The notes under the pieces were generated by a model. It was not told the origin of the DNA and did not search any database. It saw only the letters and a program-made list of their open reading frames with translations. This document shows, one piece after another, positions 7,913 through 17,298 of a DNA stretch of 33,248 bases (position 1 is the first letter of the stretch; every line of letters begins with the position of its first letter). The translations under genes and the position numbers were made by a program. Source of the DNA: Candidatus Iainarchaeum sp. (GTDB taxonomy: Archaea; Iainarchaeota; Iainarchaeia; Iainarchaeales; JAFCFF01); NCBI GenBank assembly GCA_017608775.1, contig JAFCFF010000001.1, positions 1 to 33,248 on the forward strand. Reading direction: 5' to 3'.

Positions 7913-7975
7913 ATGGTTAAAAGAAAGAAAGCTAAGAAAAAAACAACTAAGAAAAAGAAAAAGAGAAGGAGATAG
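7913..7975 (+). CDS. 20-aa Lys/Arg-rich basic peptide MVKRKKAKKKTTKKKKKRRR; absent from ORF track
   Basis: ATG with a 7-nt SD GGAGGTG, upstream TATA, downstream hairpin and T-tracts; occupies an otherwise empty ~600-bp spacer. Confidence 0.72.
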   Translation: MVKRKKAKKKTTKKKKKRRR

Positions 7976-7982
7976 ATAAATT

Positions 7983-8060
7983 AAAAACTCGATGAAAAGA
8001 TTGAGAGTTTTTGTTTGTTTTATCTACCTTTGTTTTTTATTCTTTGTTTTTTATTTTATA
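7983..8060 (+). terminator. Hairpin plus oligo-T terminator region after the basic peptide
   Basis: AAAAACTC (7983-7990) pairs with GAGTTTTT (8005-8012), followed by long T-rich tracts. Confidence 0.55.
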
Positions 8061-8140
8061 TTTTTCTTTTTTATTCTTTTCCTATATTTTTGTTTTGTTT
8101 TTGGGAAAACATAAAAAGAGTTGTTAAGAATTAAGCTAAT

Positions 8141-9238
8141 ATGGGAATAGGTTTTGAGGAGTTAAAAAAACGAAGGAAAAAAATGAACATTTTTGAGATT
8201 GACTTTCCTGAGGAAAAAAGAATTGAGGATGTGAAAAAAAAGCAGAGACTAAGTTTGCCTGATTTTGTTTTCAACGAGTTCAAGAAAAAACAGTATGGAA
8301 TATACGGTCATTCCGGGGTTCAGATTTGTGAATGGACTAAAAAGGCAATAAGAAATAAGGGGGTTTGTTACAAGCAGAGGTTTTATGGGATTGACTGTCA
8401 TAGATGTATGCAAATGTCCCCGGCAATTGCTTGGTGTCAGGAAAACTGTATTTATTGCTGGAGACCAATGGAGTTTATGAAAAAAACAAGCTTTGGGAAA
8501 AAAGAGGTTGATCCCCCAGAAAATATCATAAGAGCATTAATTCCACTAAGAAGGCAGCTTCTTTCCGGGTTTAAGGGAAACGAAAAAATAAATAAGACTC
8601 TTTTCAAGGAGGCATATGAAAAATTTCCTAGCCACTGGGCAATAAGCCTGTCTGGAGAACCAACTCTCTATCCCTATTTGCCAGAAATGATAAAAACTTT
8701 GAAAAAACATCCAGAAGTAAAGAGTGTTTTTCTTGTCACAAACGGACAAGAACCAAAGATGTTAGAAAAGCTGTGGAAGGAAAACGCCTTACCAACCCAG
8801 CTTTATCTAAGCTTTGAGGCCTCCAACAAAAAGTTGTTTGAGACGATAAATAAACCTGTCTACAAAGATGCGTGGAAAAGAATTTTGAAAAGCCTGGAGC
8901 TTGTGAAAAGGCTTCCATGCAGAAGAGTCATAAGATATACCCTAATTAGTGGAATTAACGATAAATTTGTTGGGGAAACAGCAAAGCTGCTGAGGAAGAC
9001 CAGGGCAGACTTTATCGAGGTTAAGGCATATATGTTTCTTGGTTTTTCTAGAAAAAGACTAATGAAAGAGAATATGCCGACATATAGAGAGGTGCTTGGG
9101 TTTTCAAAAAAGCTAGAAAAGGCCATGCCAGAATATAGGATTATAGATAAGCAGAGAGACTCAAGAATTGTTCTTTTAAGATATGATAGGTCAAGATATG
9201 AAAATATCATAAAAGGGAAAAAACAGGGAAAAACCTGA
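8141..9238 (+). CDS. taw1: 4-demethylwyosine synthase (radical SAM, Tyw1/Taw1)
   Basis: HSGVQICEWTK, CYKQRFYGI..HRCMQMSP, CQENCIYCWRP, AISLSGEPTLYP, FLVTNG, PTQLYLS, EVKAYMFLGFSR. Confidence 0.96.
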   Translation: MGIGFEELKKRRKKMNIFEIDFPEEKRIEDVKKKQRLSLPDFVFNEFKKKQYGIYGHSGVQICEWTKKAIRNKGVCYKQRFYGIDCHRCMQMSPAIAWCQENCIYCWRPMEFMKKTSFGKKEVDPPENIIRALIPLRRQLLSGFKGNEKINKTLFKEAYEKFPSHWAISLSGEPTLYPYLPEMIKTLKKHPEVKSVFLVTNGQEPKMLEKLWKENALPTQLYLSFEASNKKLFETINKPVYKDAWKRILKSLELVKRLPCRRVIRYTLISGINDKFVGETAKLLRKTRADFIEVKAYMFLGFSRKRLMKENMPTYREVLGFSKKLEKAMPEYRIIDKQRDSRIVLLRYDRSRYENIIKGKKQGKT

Positions 9239-9326
9239 AAAACAGCTGATTTTTAAGGGAAAGGATTTTAAAATTTTCCCAACGTTATAAACATAGAGAA
9301 CAGCTATTTTTTGGCAAGGTGTGTTG

Positions 9327-9551
9327 ATGGAAGAGCTGAAGCATATATATGTTCCAAAACATAGGCTTTTAAACGAGGAAGAGAAAAAAAAGGTTATAAA
9401 AAAGTATGGTGGAATAAGCCTTTTTCCAAAGATAAAAAGAAATGACCCGGCAATAAAACATCTTAAGACAAAGCCAGGAAATATGATAGAAATAGAGAGG
9501 GAAAGCCCTACCGCAAAAAAAACAAGCTATTATAGAATAGTTGTTGTTTAG
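9327..9551 (+). CDS. rpoH: RNA polymerase subunit H (Rpo5)
   Basis: HIYVPKHRLL, PKIKRNDPAI, RESPTA..YYRIVV; first gene of the RNAP cluster. Confidence 0.96.
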   Translation: MEELKHIYVPKHRLLNEEEKKKVIKKYGGISLFPKIKRNDPAIKHLKTKPGNMIEIERESPTAKKTSYYRIVVV

Positions 9552-9603
9552 TTTATTGAAATTTTAGGCTTGTGTGCTGTTCTCTGCTGGAAAGGAGATT
9601 TAA

Positions 9604-11058
9604 ATGAGAGAGCTTCTTAACCTGAAAAAAGGTAGCTATGTTGACCAGATTATAGATTCATATAACTATTTTTTGGAAAAAAGCATTCAAGAAGTTATAG
9701 AAGAAAATAAACTCATTGTACCTAAAACAGAAGATATTAGGGTTGAGCTAGGCAGGATGGAAATAACAAAACCCAGGATTATTGAGGCCGACGGCTCCCC
9801 AAGAAAGGAGTTTTATCCCATGGAGGCAAGACTCCGAGACAGGAACTACTCAGGACAGATTTTTGTTGAGATGAAACTTTTTAGAAGAGACATTGAACAG
9901 GATTTGAGGATGACAAACATAGGAGAGTTACCTATAATGTTGAAGAGCAAGAAATGTTGGCTTTATGGTTTGTCTGAGGAGGAGTTGGTTGAAAGGGGAG
10001 AAGATGCCTTAGATCCCGGAGGCTACTTTATCATAAATGGTGTTGAAAAAGCGCTGACAACACAGGAGGCAATTGTAAGTAACAGGGTCTTACTTTCAGA
10101 GGCCTTGAAGGGGCATGTTGCCGAAACAATAAGCATAAAGGGAGCGTTTAGGGGGAAGGTAAGGCTGGAAAGAAGCAAAGATGGAATGCTTTACATAACC
10201 TTTCCTGCTTCCCCAAGAAGACTTAAGTTTATAACTCTTATAAAAGCCCTTGGAATGAAAAGCGATCAGGAGATACTAAGGGGGTTTGGGGATCTGGAAG
10301 AGCTAAGAAACGACATTCTCCTTAACCTGGAACAAAACGATATTGAAAGGGAGAGAGATGCCTTAGATGTCATAGGAAGATATGTTGCACCTGGCCAGCT
10401 TATAGATTATAGATTAAGAAGGGCACAGGAGATTATCGATAGCTATCTTCTTCCACACATAGGACAACAGCCAAGAGACAGGCTTGCCAAGGCTTTTTTC
10501 CTTATTACAATGGCTGAAAAGGTTGTTGAGTATGCCTATGGGTATAGAAAGGCAGATGACAAGGACAACTACATGAATAAAAGGCTGGAGTTGGCCGGGA
10601 AGTTGATGGAACATCTGTTTAGATATGCCTTCAAAAACTTTGTCAAAGACATAAAATTTCAGATTGATAGAATGGTTGTAAGAAGAAGGGGAGTAAACAT
10701 AAATACCATAGTAAGACCAGGTGCTCTAACCGAGAGAATAATGTCTGCAATGGCAACAGGTACTTGGGTAAATAACGTAACAGGCGTTAGCAAGTATATG
10801 GACAGGGAAAACTATGTCTCTGCCTTAGCAGATCTAAGAAGGCTTAAATCTCCGTTGGACACAGGAAAAGAAATATACGAGGCAAGGGATGTTCACGGCA
10901 CCTACTGGGGAAAAATATGCCCTATTCACTCTCCTGAGGGCCCTCCTGCAGGCCTTGTAAAATACCTGGCGATAAATGCAGAGGTCACAACCGACATCGA
11001 TCCAGATACGATAGAAAAGTTTTTGTTAAGGGAGGGAGTAAGTCTGAAAAAGAAATGA
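9604..11058 (+). CDS. rpo2N: RNA polymerase subunit B'' (Rpo2N)
   Basis: PMEARLRDRNYS, DPGGYFIINGVEK, DDKDNYMNKRL, ARDVH..WGKICP..PEG. Confidence 0.96.
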   Translation: MRELLNLKKGSYVDQIIDSYNYFLEKSIQEVIEENKLIVPKTEDIRVELGRMEITKPRIIEADGSPRKEFYPMEARLRDRNYSGQIFVEMKLFRRDIEQDLRMTNIGELPIMLKSKKCWLYGLSEEELVERGEDALDPGGYFIINGVEKALTTQEAIVSNRVLLSEALKGHVAETISIKGAFRGKVRLERSKDGMLYITFPASPRRLKFITLIKALGMKSDQEILRGFGDLEELRNDILLNLEQNDIERERDALDVIGRYVAPGQLIDYRLRRAQEIIDSYLLPHIGQQPRDRLAKAFFLITMAEKVVEYAYGYRKADDKDNYMNKRLELAGKLMEHLFRYAFKNFVKDIKFQIDRMVVRRRGVNINTIVRPGALTERIMSAMATGTWVNNVTGVSKYMDRENYVSALADLRRLKSPLDTGKEIYEARDVHGTYWGKICPIHSPEGPPAGLVKYLAINAEVTTDIDPDTIEKFLLREGVSLKKK

Positions 11059-11086
11059 GAGGAAAAAGTGGGAAAATGGTGGAAAG

Positions 11087-12901
11087 ATGAAAAACTTAGC
11101 AAAGATTTATGTTAACGGAAAGCTTATTGGTTTTCATGAAAAACCATTGGAGCTGAGGGAAAAATTCATAAACATGAGAAGACAGGGAAAAATTGCTAAT
11201 GGGATAAGTATTTCCTACGATGACTTCACAAACGAAATTTATGTAAACACCGAGGGGGGAAGGCTCTTACGTCCAGTCATTGTTGTAAAAAGAGGGAGAA
11301 GTCTTCTGACAAATGAGCTAAAAGAAAAGGTTTTAAAAGGAGAGATTTCCTGGGAAGAACTTGTAAAAAAAGGAGTTATAGAATACCTGGACACAGAAGA
11401 AGAGGAAAATGCCTTGATTGCACTAGATGAAAAAGAACTAACAAACAAACACACACATCTGGAAATAGATGGTTTGGGCCTGCTTGGGCTAATGGCAGGA
11501 ATGATTCCGTTTGTTGAGCATAATCAGCCCTATAGGTCTGCCCAGGGCGCAAAGATGTTTAAACAGGGGCTGGGAATTCCGGGAACCAACCATTGTCTAA
11601 GAACAGATACTGAAAGCTACTTGCTTTGGTACCCACAAAAAACCATTGTAAAAACAAAGATAACAGACGCCCTGAAAATAGATGAAAGACCATTTATGCA
11701 GAACTTTGTTGTTGCGATTATTCCTTATTACGGATATAACGCCTTAGACGCCTTGGTTATAAGCAGGGGCGCTGTTCAAAGAGGGCTTGGGAGAGCAAGT
11801 TACTTTAGAACATATTCTGTTGGTGAATATCACTATCCCGGAGGACAGAGAGATAAGTTTGAAATTCCTGATGAGAGTGTGGAGGGATACCTGGGTGAGG
11901 AGCTTTACTCAAAACTTGGCGAAGATGGCCTGGCAGAACCCGAGACAAAGGTGGAGGAAGGGGAAGCAATGATAGGAAGAACAAGTCCTCCTAAGTTTAT
12001 TGAGGAGATTACTGAGTTTGGGGTGATAAAGGAAAAAAGAATTGATAACAGCGTTACGGTTCCAAAGGGAAAATCCGGCTTTGTTGACAAAGTTTTCATA
12101 ACTGAGGGACCAAACGGAGAAAGGCTTGTCAAGGTTAGGATTAGAAGCGATAAAATTCCTGAGATTGGGGATAAGTTTTCATCAAGACATGGTCAAAAAG
12201 GAGTTGTTGGTTTGGTTGTTCCTGATGAGGACATGCCATTCAACGAACAGGGAATAAGGCCTGACTTGATAATCAACCCACATGCAATTCCATCAAGAAT
12301 GACTTTGGGGCATGTTCTTGAGATGTTGGTAGGACTGCTTGGCACAGAAAAAGGAGAAATCATTGATGGGAGTGCCTTTCAGGAAAACAGCTATGAAAAA
12401 TTTGGTGAAATGATTGAGAAAATAGGTTATAGAAAAGATGGAAAACAAGTATTTTATGATGGAATAACAGGAGAAAAATTCGAGGGATTGGTCTTCCAGG
12501 GAATTATAAGCTATAGAAGACTTTATCACATTGTTTCAAACAAGTTGCAATACAGGGCAAAAGGACCTGTACAGCTCTTGACAAGACAGCCAACAGAGGG
12601 AAAGGCTAAGGAAGGAGGCCTAAGGCTAGGGGAGATGGAAGTTGAGGCATTTATAGGACATGGTGCTTCGCTCTTGCTCTATGAAAAAATGGTTGAGGAC
12701 TCTGATAAGGTAAGGCTTTATTTTTGTGAAAAGTGTGGCTTGGTGGCAATAAAGGACAGAATAAGGGGAAAAATTTACTGTGAGGCCTGTAAGTCAAACA
12801 AGGTTGTTCCAATAAGCACAAACTATTCTTTCAAGCTGCTTTTACAGGTTTTACTTTCAATGGGAATATATCCAAAAGTGAAAGTAGGTGAGGTTGTATA
12901 A
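11087..12901 (+). CDS. rpo2C: RNA polymerase subunit B' (Rpo2C)
   Basis: GDKFSSRHGQKG, NPHAIPSRMT, RQPTEGKAKEGGLRLGEME, C-terminal Zn site. Confidence 0.97.
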   Translation: MKNLAKIYVNGKLIGFHEKPLELREKFINMRRQGKIANGISISYDDFTNEIYVNTEGGRLLRPVIVVKRGRSLLTNELKEKVLKGEISWEELVKKGVIEYLDTEEEENALIALDEKELTNKHTHLEIDGLGLLGLMAGMIPFVEHNQPYRSAQGAKMFKQGLGIPGTNHCLRTDTESYLLWYPQKTIVKTKITDALKIDERPFMQNFVVAIIPYYGYNALDALVISRGAVQRGLGRASYFRTYSVGEYHYPGGQRDKFEIPDESVEGYLGEELYSKLGEDGLAEPETKVEEGEAMIGRTSPPKFIEEITEFGVIKEKRIDNSVTVPKGKSGFVDKVFITEGPNGERLVKVRIRSDKIPEIGDKFSSRHGQKGVVGLVVPDEDMPFNEQGIRPDLIINPHAIPSRMTLGHVLEMLVGLLGTEKGEIIDGSAFQENSYEKFGEMIEKIGYRKDGKQVFYDGITGEKFEGLVFQGIISYRRLYHIVSNKLQYRAKGPVQLLTRQPTEGKAKEGGLRLGEMEVEAFIGHGASLLLYEKMVEDSDKVRLYFCEKCGLVAIKDRIRGKIYCEACKSNKVVPISTNYSFKLLLQVLLSMGIYPKVKVGEVV

Positions 12902-12919
12902 AATAAAAAGTGAGGGAAG

Positions 12920-15508
12920 ATGAAAATAATAAAAAGCTTGGAGTTTGGGGTTTTAAGCCCTGAGCTAATAAGAAAGATGTCTGTCATAAACATAACAAAC
13001 GCAGAGACATATGACAAAGACGGTTTTCCAATGCCTGGGGGGTTGATGGATCCTCATCTAGGAGTGACAAACCCTGGCATAAAATGTAGGACATGTGGCC
13101 ATGGGATGAGGGAGTGCACAGGTCACTTTGGAAGTCTTGAGCTTGTAAGGCCTGTTATACACACCGAGTTCTCAACCAAGATATTTGAGCTTCTCTATAT
13201 CACATGTGAAAAGTGTGGAAGGCTTATGCTTACAAATGAAGAAAGAGAAAAACTTGGTAAAAAGGCAAAAACAGGAAAAACTATTTTTAAGGAAGTAAAG
13301 GAATACTCTGAAAAAAGAAAAATATGTCCACACTGCAAAGCCAAAAAAGAAGATCTTGAGTTTAGCAGACCTTATTTTTACTTTAGGAATAAAATTAGAA
13401 TTTATCCTCACGAAATAAGGACTTGGCTAGAAAAAATTCCCAACGAAGATTTAGAATTTTTAGGATATAAAACAGACAGGCTAAGGCCAGAATGGTTTGT
13501 CCTAACAGTTCTCCCAATACCACCAGTTACAATAAGGCCTTCCGTAACACTGGAGAGCGGAATGCTAAGCATTGATGATTTAACCCACAAGCTTGTTGAG
13601 ATTGTTACCACAAATCTAAGACTTAGGGAACACATCAACGCCGGTGCACCTCAGCTTATCATAGAAAGTCACTGGGACTTGCTACAATACCACATAACAA
13701 CATATCTAAACAACGAAACTTCTGGTATCCCTGCAGCAGTTCACAAGGGAGGAAGGCCACTTAAAACCCTAGCACAAAGACTAAAGGGAAAAAAGGGTTT
13801 GTTCCGTCTCAACCTGATCGGAAAGAGGGTTAACTTTTCGGCAAGGACAACCATAAGCCCAGATAATTTTATAGGCATAAATGAGATCGGGGTGCCCCAG
13901 GAAATTGCTGACAACCTAACAATGTTTGAAAGAGTCACAAAATGGAATAGAGAAAACATAAAGAAAAAAATAAGAGAAGGGGTTGTTTTGTTTGTCACAA
14001 GACCTAACGGAACAAAGAAAAGAATTTCCGAAGAAAACAAAGAAGAGATTATTGAAGAAATAGAGGAAGGTTATACAATAGAAAGAAAACTAGAAGATGG
14101 AGACATAGTTCTTTTTAACAGACATCCATCCCTACATAGAATGAATATAATGGCACATAGAGTTAAGATTTTTCCAACAAAAACATTTAGGATGAACACA
14201 CTAGTTTGTAAAGCATACAACGCAGACTTTGACGGAGATGACATGAACATCCATATTCCAAGGACAGAGGAGGGAAAGGCAGAGGCCCTAGAGCTCATGT
14301 TGGTTGAGAACCATATCGTCTCTCCGAGATATGGTGCACCGATAATCGCCTTTGACGAGGACGGATTAACTGGTTTGTTTTATCTGACATTGCCAGGAAC
14401 AAAACTTACAATGAGTCAGGCAACGGAGTTGCTTTATGAGGCTGGTATCAAGGAAAGACCAAAAGCAAACAAAAAAGGATTTGTATCCGGAAGGGAGATT
14501 TTTTCAATGCTCTTACCAAGGGACTTCAACATAGAGTTTGAATCCCAGTTAACAGAAAGCCTGAAAAAAATAAATATGAACAGAGGAAGATATAAAGAAG
14601 AGGCATATGTTGTTATAAGAAACGGAAAGCTTGTAACCGGAGTTATAGATGAAAACGCAGTTGGCGAAAAAAAAGGCATTTTAACACTTGCGTTTGTTGA
14701 AAAGTATGGAAAGGAATTCACAAGAGAGTTCTACAACAAGGCAATAAAAATAGCAATGAAAGTTCTAACATGGAGCGGTCTAACAATCGCAATGGGCGAA
14801 TATAAAATAAGTGAGAGCCTAAAACAAGTTGTTGAAAAGGCAATAAAAGAAGAACTCAGAAAAGGAGAGAAAATTGTTAGGGAATACAGAGAAGGAAAAA
14901 TGGAAACTCTTCCTGGTAGAGATTACGAACAGAGTTTTGAGATAAAAATGACTGGTCTTGGTTCAGATATAAAAGACAAGATTGTTGATGAAATCAAAAG
15001 AAACAGAATAAGAAAAATATTTTTTGATAAAAGAGTGTTGGACTCTGGCTTAGTTGTGTTTAGCGGGGGAAAGGGAAATCCGGCAGATATCGCAAGTATG
15101 GAGGCATTTTGGGGGCAGGTAAATGTTAGGGAACTAAGACCTGCAAGAGGATATAAAGAAAGAATACTTCCTGTTTTTGAAAGAAATGATGTTGGTGCCT
15201 TGGCAAGAGGGTTTATCCCAAAAAGTCTTTTTACTGGTTTAAAACCTGTGGAGCTTTTCTTTTTCTCCATGGGGGCAAGAGAGGGAATGGTTGACACAGC
15301 TGTAAAGACAAAGGACTCTGGATATCTATACAGAAGATTAAGCAATGCCTTAAAAGATATATTTGTTGCAGAAGATCTGAGTGCTAGGAGTGCCGCAGCA
15401 GAAATAATTCAGTTTTCTTATGGGGAAGATAAGGTATTTCCTATGTATAGCCATGCTGGAAAACAGGTTAACCTAAAACTTGTGATGGAGGAGTTTGGGA
15501 AAAAATAG
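12920..15508 (+). CDS. rpo1N: RNA polymerase subunit A' (Rpo1N)
   Basis: CRTC..ECTGHFG, GKRVNFSAR, catalytic YNADFDGD, bridge helix REGMVDTAVKT..SGYLYRRL. Confidence 0.97.
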   Translation: MKIIKSLEFGVLSPELIRKMSVINITNAETYDKDGFPMPGGLMDPHLGVTNPGIKCRTCGHGMRECTGHFGSLELVRPVIHTEFSTKIFELLYITCEKCGRLMLTNEEREKLGKKAKTGKTIFKEVKEYSEKRKICPHCKAKKEDLEFSRPYFYFRNKIRIYPHEIRTWLEKIPNEDLEFLGYKTDRLRPEWFVLTVLPIPPVTIRPSVTLESGMLSIDDLTHKLVEIVTTNLRLREHINAGAPQLIIESHWDLLQYHITTYLNNETSGIPAAVHKGGRPLKTLAQRLKGKKGLFRLNLIGKRVNFSARTTISPDNFIGINEIGVPQEIADNLTMFERVTKWNRENIKKKIREGVVLFVTRPNGTKKRISEENKEEIIEEIEEGYTIERKLEDGDIVLFNRHPSLHRMNIMAHRVKIFPTKTFRMNTLVCKAYNADFDGDDMNIHIPRTEEGKAEALELMLVENHIVSPRYGAPIIAFDEDGLTGLFYLTLPGTKLTMSQATELLYEAGIKERPKANKKGFVSGREIFSMLLPRDFNIEFESQLTESLKKINMNRGRYKEEAYVVIRNGKLVTGVIDENAVGEKKGILTLAFVEKYGKEFTREFYNKAIKIAMKVLTWSGLTIAMGEYKISESLKQVVEKAIKEELRKGEKIVREYREGKMETLPGRDYEQSFEIKMTGLGSDIKDKIVDEIKRNRIRKIFFDKRVLDSGLVVFSGGKGNPADIASMEAFWGQVNVRELRPARGYKERILPVFERNDVGALARGFIPKSLFTGLKPVELFFFSMGAREGMVDTAVKTKDSGYLYRRLSNALKDIFVAEDLSARSAAAEIIQFSYGEDKVFPMYSHAGKQVNLKLVMEEFGKK

Positions 15509-16612
15509 GTGTTTGATGTGGAAGCAAAAATAAAAGAGATTATAAACAACCTCTCAAAACAATTTAACCTAAGAAAACCAGATAGGGAAAAGCTTAAAAA
15601 AATCGTTCTTGAGGATTATAGGAAAAGGTTTGTTCATTATGGAGAGGCTGTTGGTCAGGTTTCAGCACAAAGCATGGGAGAGCCTGGAACCCAGATGACG
15701 TTAAGAACAAAACACAGGGCTGGTGCCAAGGAGTTTTCAATAGGATCTGGAATTCAAAGGGCAAAGGAAATTGTTGACGCAAGAAAAACAATAAAGTATC
15801 CATCTATGGTTATCCATCTTAAGGGAGAGCTTGCAAGGGACGAAAGAAAGGCAAGAAAATTCGCCAACAACCTTCTTGAGATAAGGGTAAGGGATATAGC
15901 AAACATAAAAGAAAACTTTGAGGAGAAAAAAGTTGAGATTGTTTTTAGCAAGGACGCGATAAAAGAAAGGTGGCTTAGGATAGAGGAGGTAATTGACAAG
16001 GTAGCTGAAAAAATAAAGGGAAGGGTAAGAAAAAATTTTGATAAGGGCACAATAAGGATTCATTACAACGACAAGTTTTCCTTGCTAAAAATAAGAAAGG
16101 AAGTAAATAGAATAAAAAACACAAAATTACAGGGCATAAAAAACATAGAGGGAGTGCTTGTTGTAAAAGAAGGAAATGAATATGTTATAAAAACAAGAGG
16201 TACAAACCTAAAGGCAATTCTGAAGCTAGAGGATATAGATGAAACAAAAACAATAAGTAATGATATGTTTGAGATATATGCTGCCTTTGGTATTGAGGCT
16301 GCAAGGAACGCAATCATAAAAGAACTAAGCAGGGTTTATGGCGAGGAAGTAACGGTTGACATAAGACATGTTCTTCTTTTGGCGGATACGATGACATTTA
16401 CCGGAGAGATAAAAGGTATTGCAAGAACAGGTATAAACAAGTTAAAACATTCCCCTTTAGCAAGAGCTGCGTTTGAGGAGACCATAAAACATCTTATGGA
16501 GGCGGCTTTCCTGAACGAGGAAGAAAGAATAAGGGGGGTTGTTGCAAATATAATAGTTGGGCAACCAATAAAAATAGGGACAGGTAGAATAAAGTTGATG
16601 ATGAAAGGGTGA
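15509..16612 (+). CDS. rpo1C: RNA polymerase subunit A'' (Rpo1C); GTG start at 15509 or 15518
   Basis: GEAVG..AQSMGEPGTQMTL, GIEAARNAI, VDIRH, LARAAFEET, NIIVGQPIKIGTG. Confidence 0.96.
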   Translation: MFDVEAKIKEIINNLSKQFNLRKPDREKLKKIVLEDYRKRFVHYGEAVGQVSAQSMGEPGTQMTLRTKHRAGAKEFSIGSGIQRAKEIVDARKTIKYPSMVIHLKGELARDERKARKFANNLLEIRVRDIANIKENFEEKKVEIVFSKDAIKERWLRIEEVIDKVAEKIKGRVRKNFDKGTIRIHYNDKFSLLKIRKEVNRIKNTKLQGIKNIEGVLVVKEGNEYVIKTRGTNLKAILKLEDIDETKTISNDMFEIYAAFGIEAARNAIIKELSRVYGEEVTVDIRHVLLLADTMTFTGEIKGIARTGINKLKHSPLARAAFEETIKHLMEAAFLNEEERIRGVVANIIVGQPIKIGTGRIKLMMKG

Positions 16613-16616
16613 TTTA

Positions 16617-16925
16617 TTGGATTTGAAGACAGAGATAAGAAAAGCAGTTGATTCAGGCGAGGTTTTTTTTGGTTTTAACAACGCCCTAAAACTCCTTCAA
16701 GAAGAGAAAGCACAAGTAGTTGTTGTATCAAACAACATCGAAGAGGAAAGAAAAAAGGATCTAAGCCTTGCTGGAAAAGAAAAAATAATAGAATTTCCTG
16801 GAGACAACAACGATTTGGGAAGAGTTTGTGGAAAACCTTTTGCAATATCAACACTTGCTATAACAAAGCTGGGAAAATCAAAGATTATGGGGTTTGTGGG
16901 GGGAGAAAATGAAAATAGGAAATGA
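16617..16925 (+). CDS. rpl30e: 50S ribosomal protein eL30 (TTG start)
   Basis: AVDSGEVFFG, DLGRVCGKPFAISTLAI; synteny after rpoA''; SD GGGTGA. Confidence 0.92.
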   Translation: MDLKTEIRKAVDSGEVFFGFNNALKLLQEEKAQVVVVSNNIEEERKKDLSLAGKEKIIEFPGDNNDLGRVCGKPFAISTLAITKLGKSKIMGFVGGENENRK

Positions 16926-17298
16926 GGATTTGCAGCTAACACAAGCGTTTACAATGGTCTCAAAAATATCACCAAATCTTGCTTTTAAGCACAACGGAGA
17001 GGCTTTTTTTATGTTAGACGAAAGATTTTACAGAAAATCTGTTTCACTTCTTGAGAAAATTAAGGAAAAACTTAAAAACAATGTCTATCTCTTTAAATAC
17101 AGCAAGAACGCAGAGGAGTTTTTCCTAAAGAACTTTAACATAAACAACGGAAAAACAAAACTAGAGGAAAAAAATCTTATGGTTTTTTTGGATTATGAAA
17201 CAAAAAACAAAATTGTTAGAAGTCTGAAGTTCAAAAAAGCAAAGATAGTTTTAGAGAGAGTTTTTGATGTTAAGGATGTAACAGTAAGGGGGATTTGA
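16909..17298 (+). CDS. nusA: Highly diverged archaeal NusA-like protein
   Basis: Exact syntenic slot between rpl30e and rps12; expected size (129 aa); residual patterns YSKNAEEFF and [16 protein letters not shown]; GxxG loops absent. Confidence 0.65.
   Translation: MKIGNEDLQLTQAFTMVSKISPNLAFKHNGEAFFMLDERFYRKSVSLLEKIKEKLKNNVYLFKYSKNAEEFFLKNFNINNGKTKLEEKNLMVFLDYETKNKIVRSLKFKKAKIVLERVFDVKDVTVRGI

Noticed and set aside
7920..8100. Long fold-back between the A-rich peptide ORF and the downstream T-rich tract (type I toxin-like mRNA)
   Set aside because: Some pairing exists (TAGATAAA/TTTATCTA) but is mostly low-complexity A/T; the peptide is not hydrophobic like type I toxins
9604..16612. Split rpoB and rpoA as frameshifts or pseudogenes
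   Set aside because: Both splits are known archaeal arrangements; each half has its own start and intact motifs
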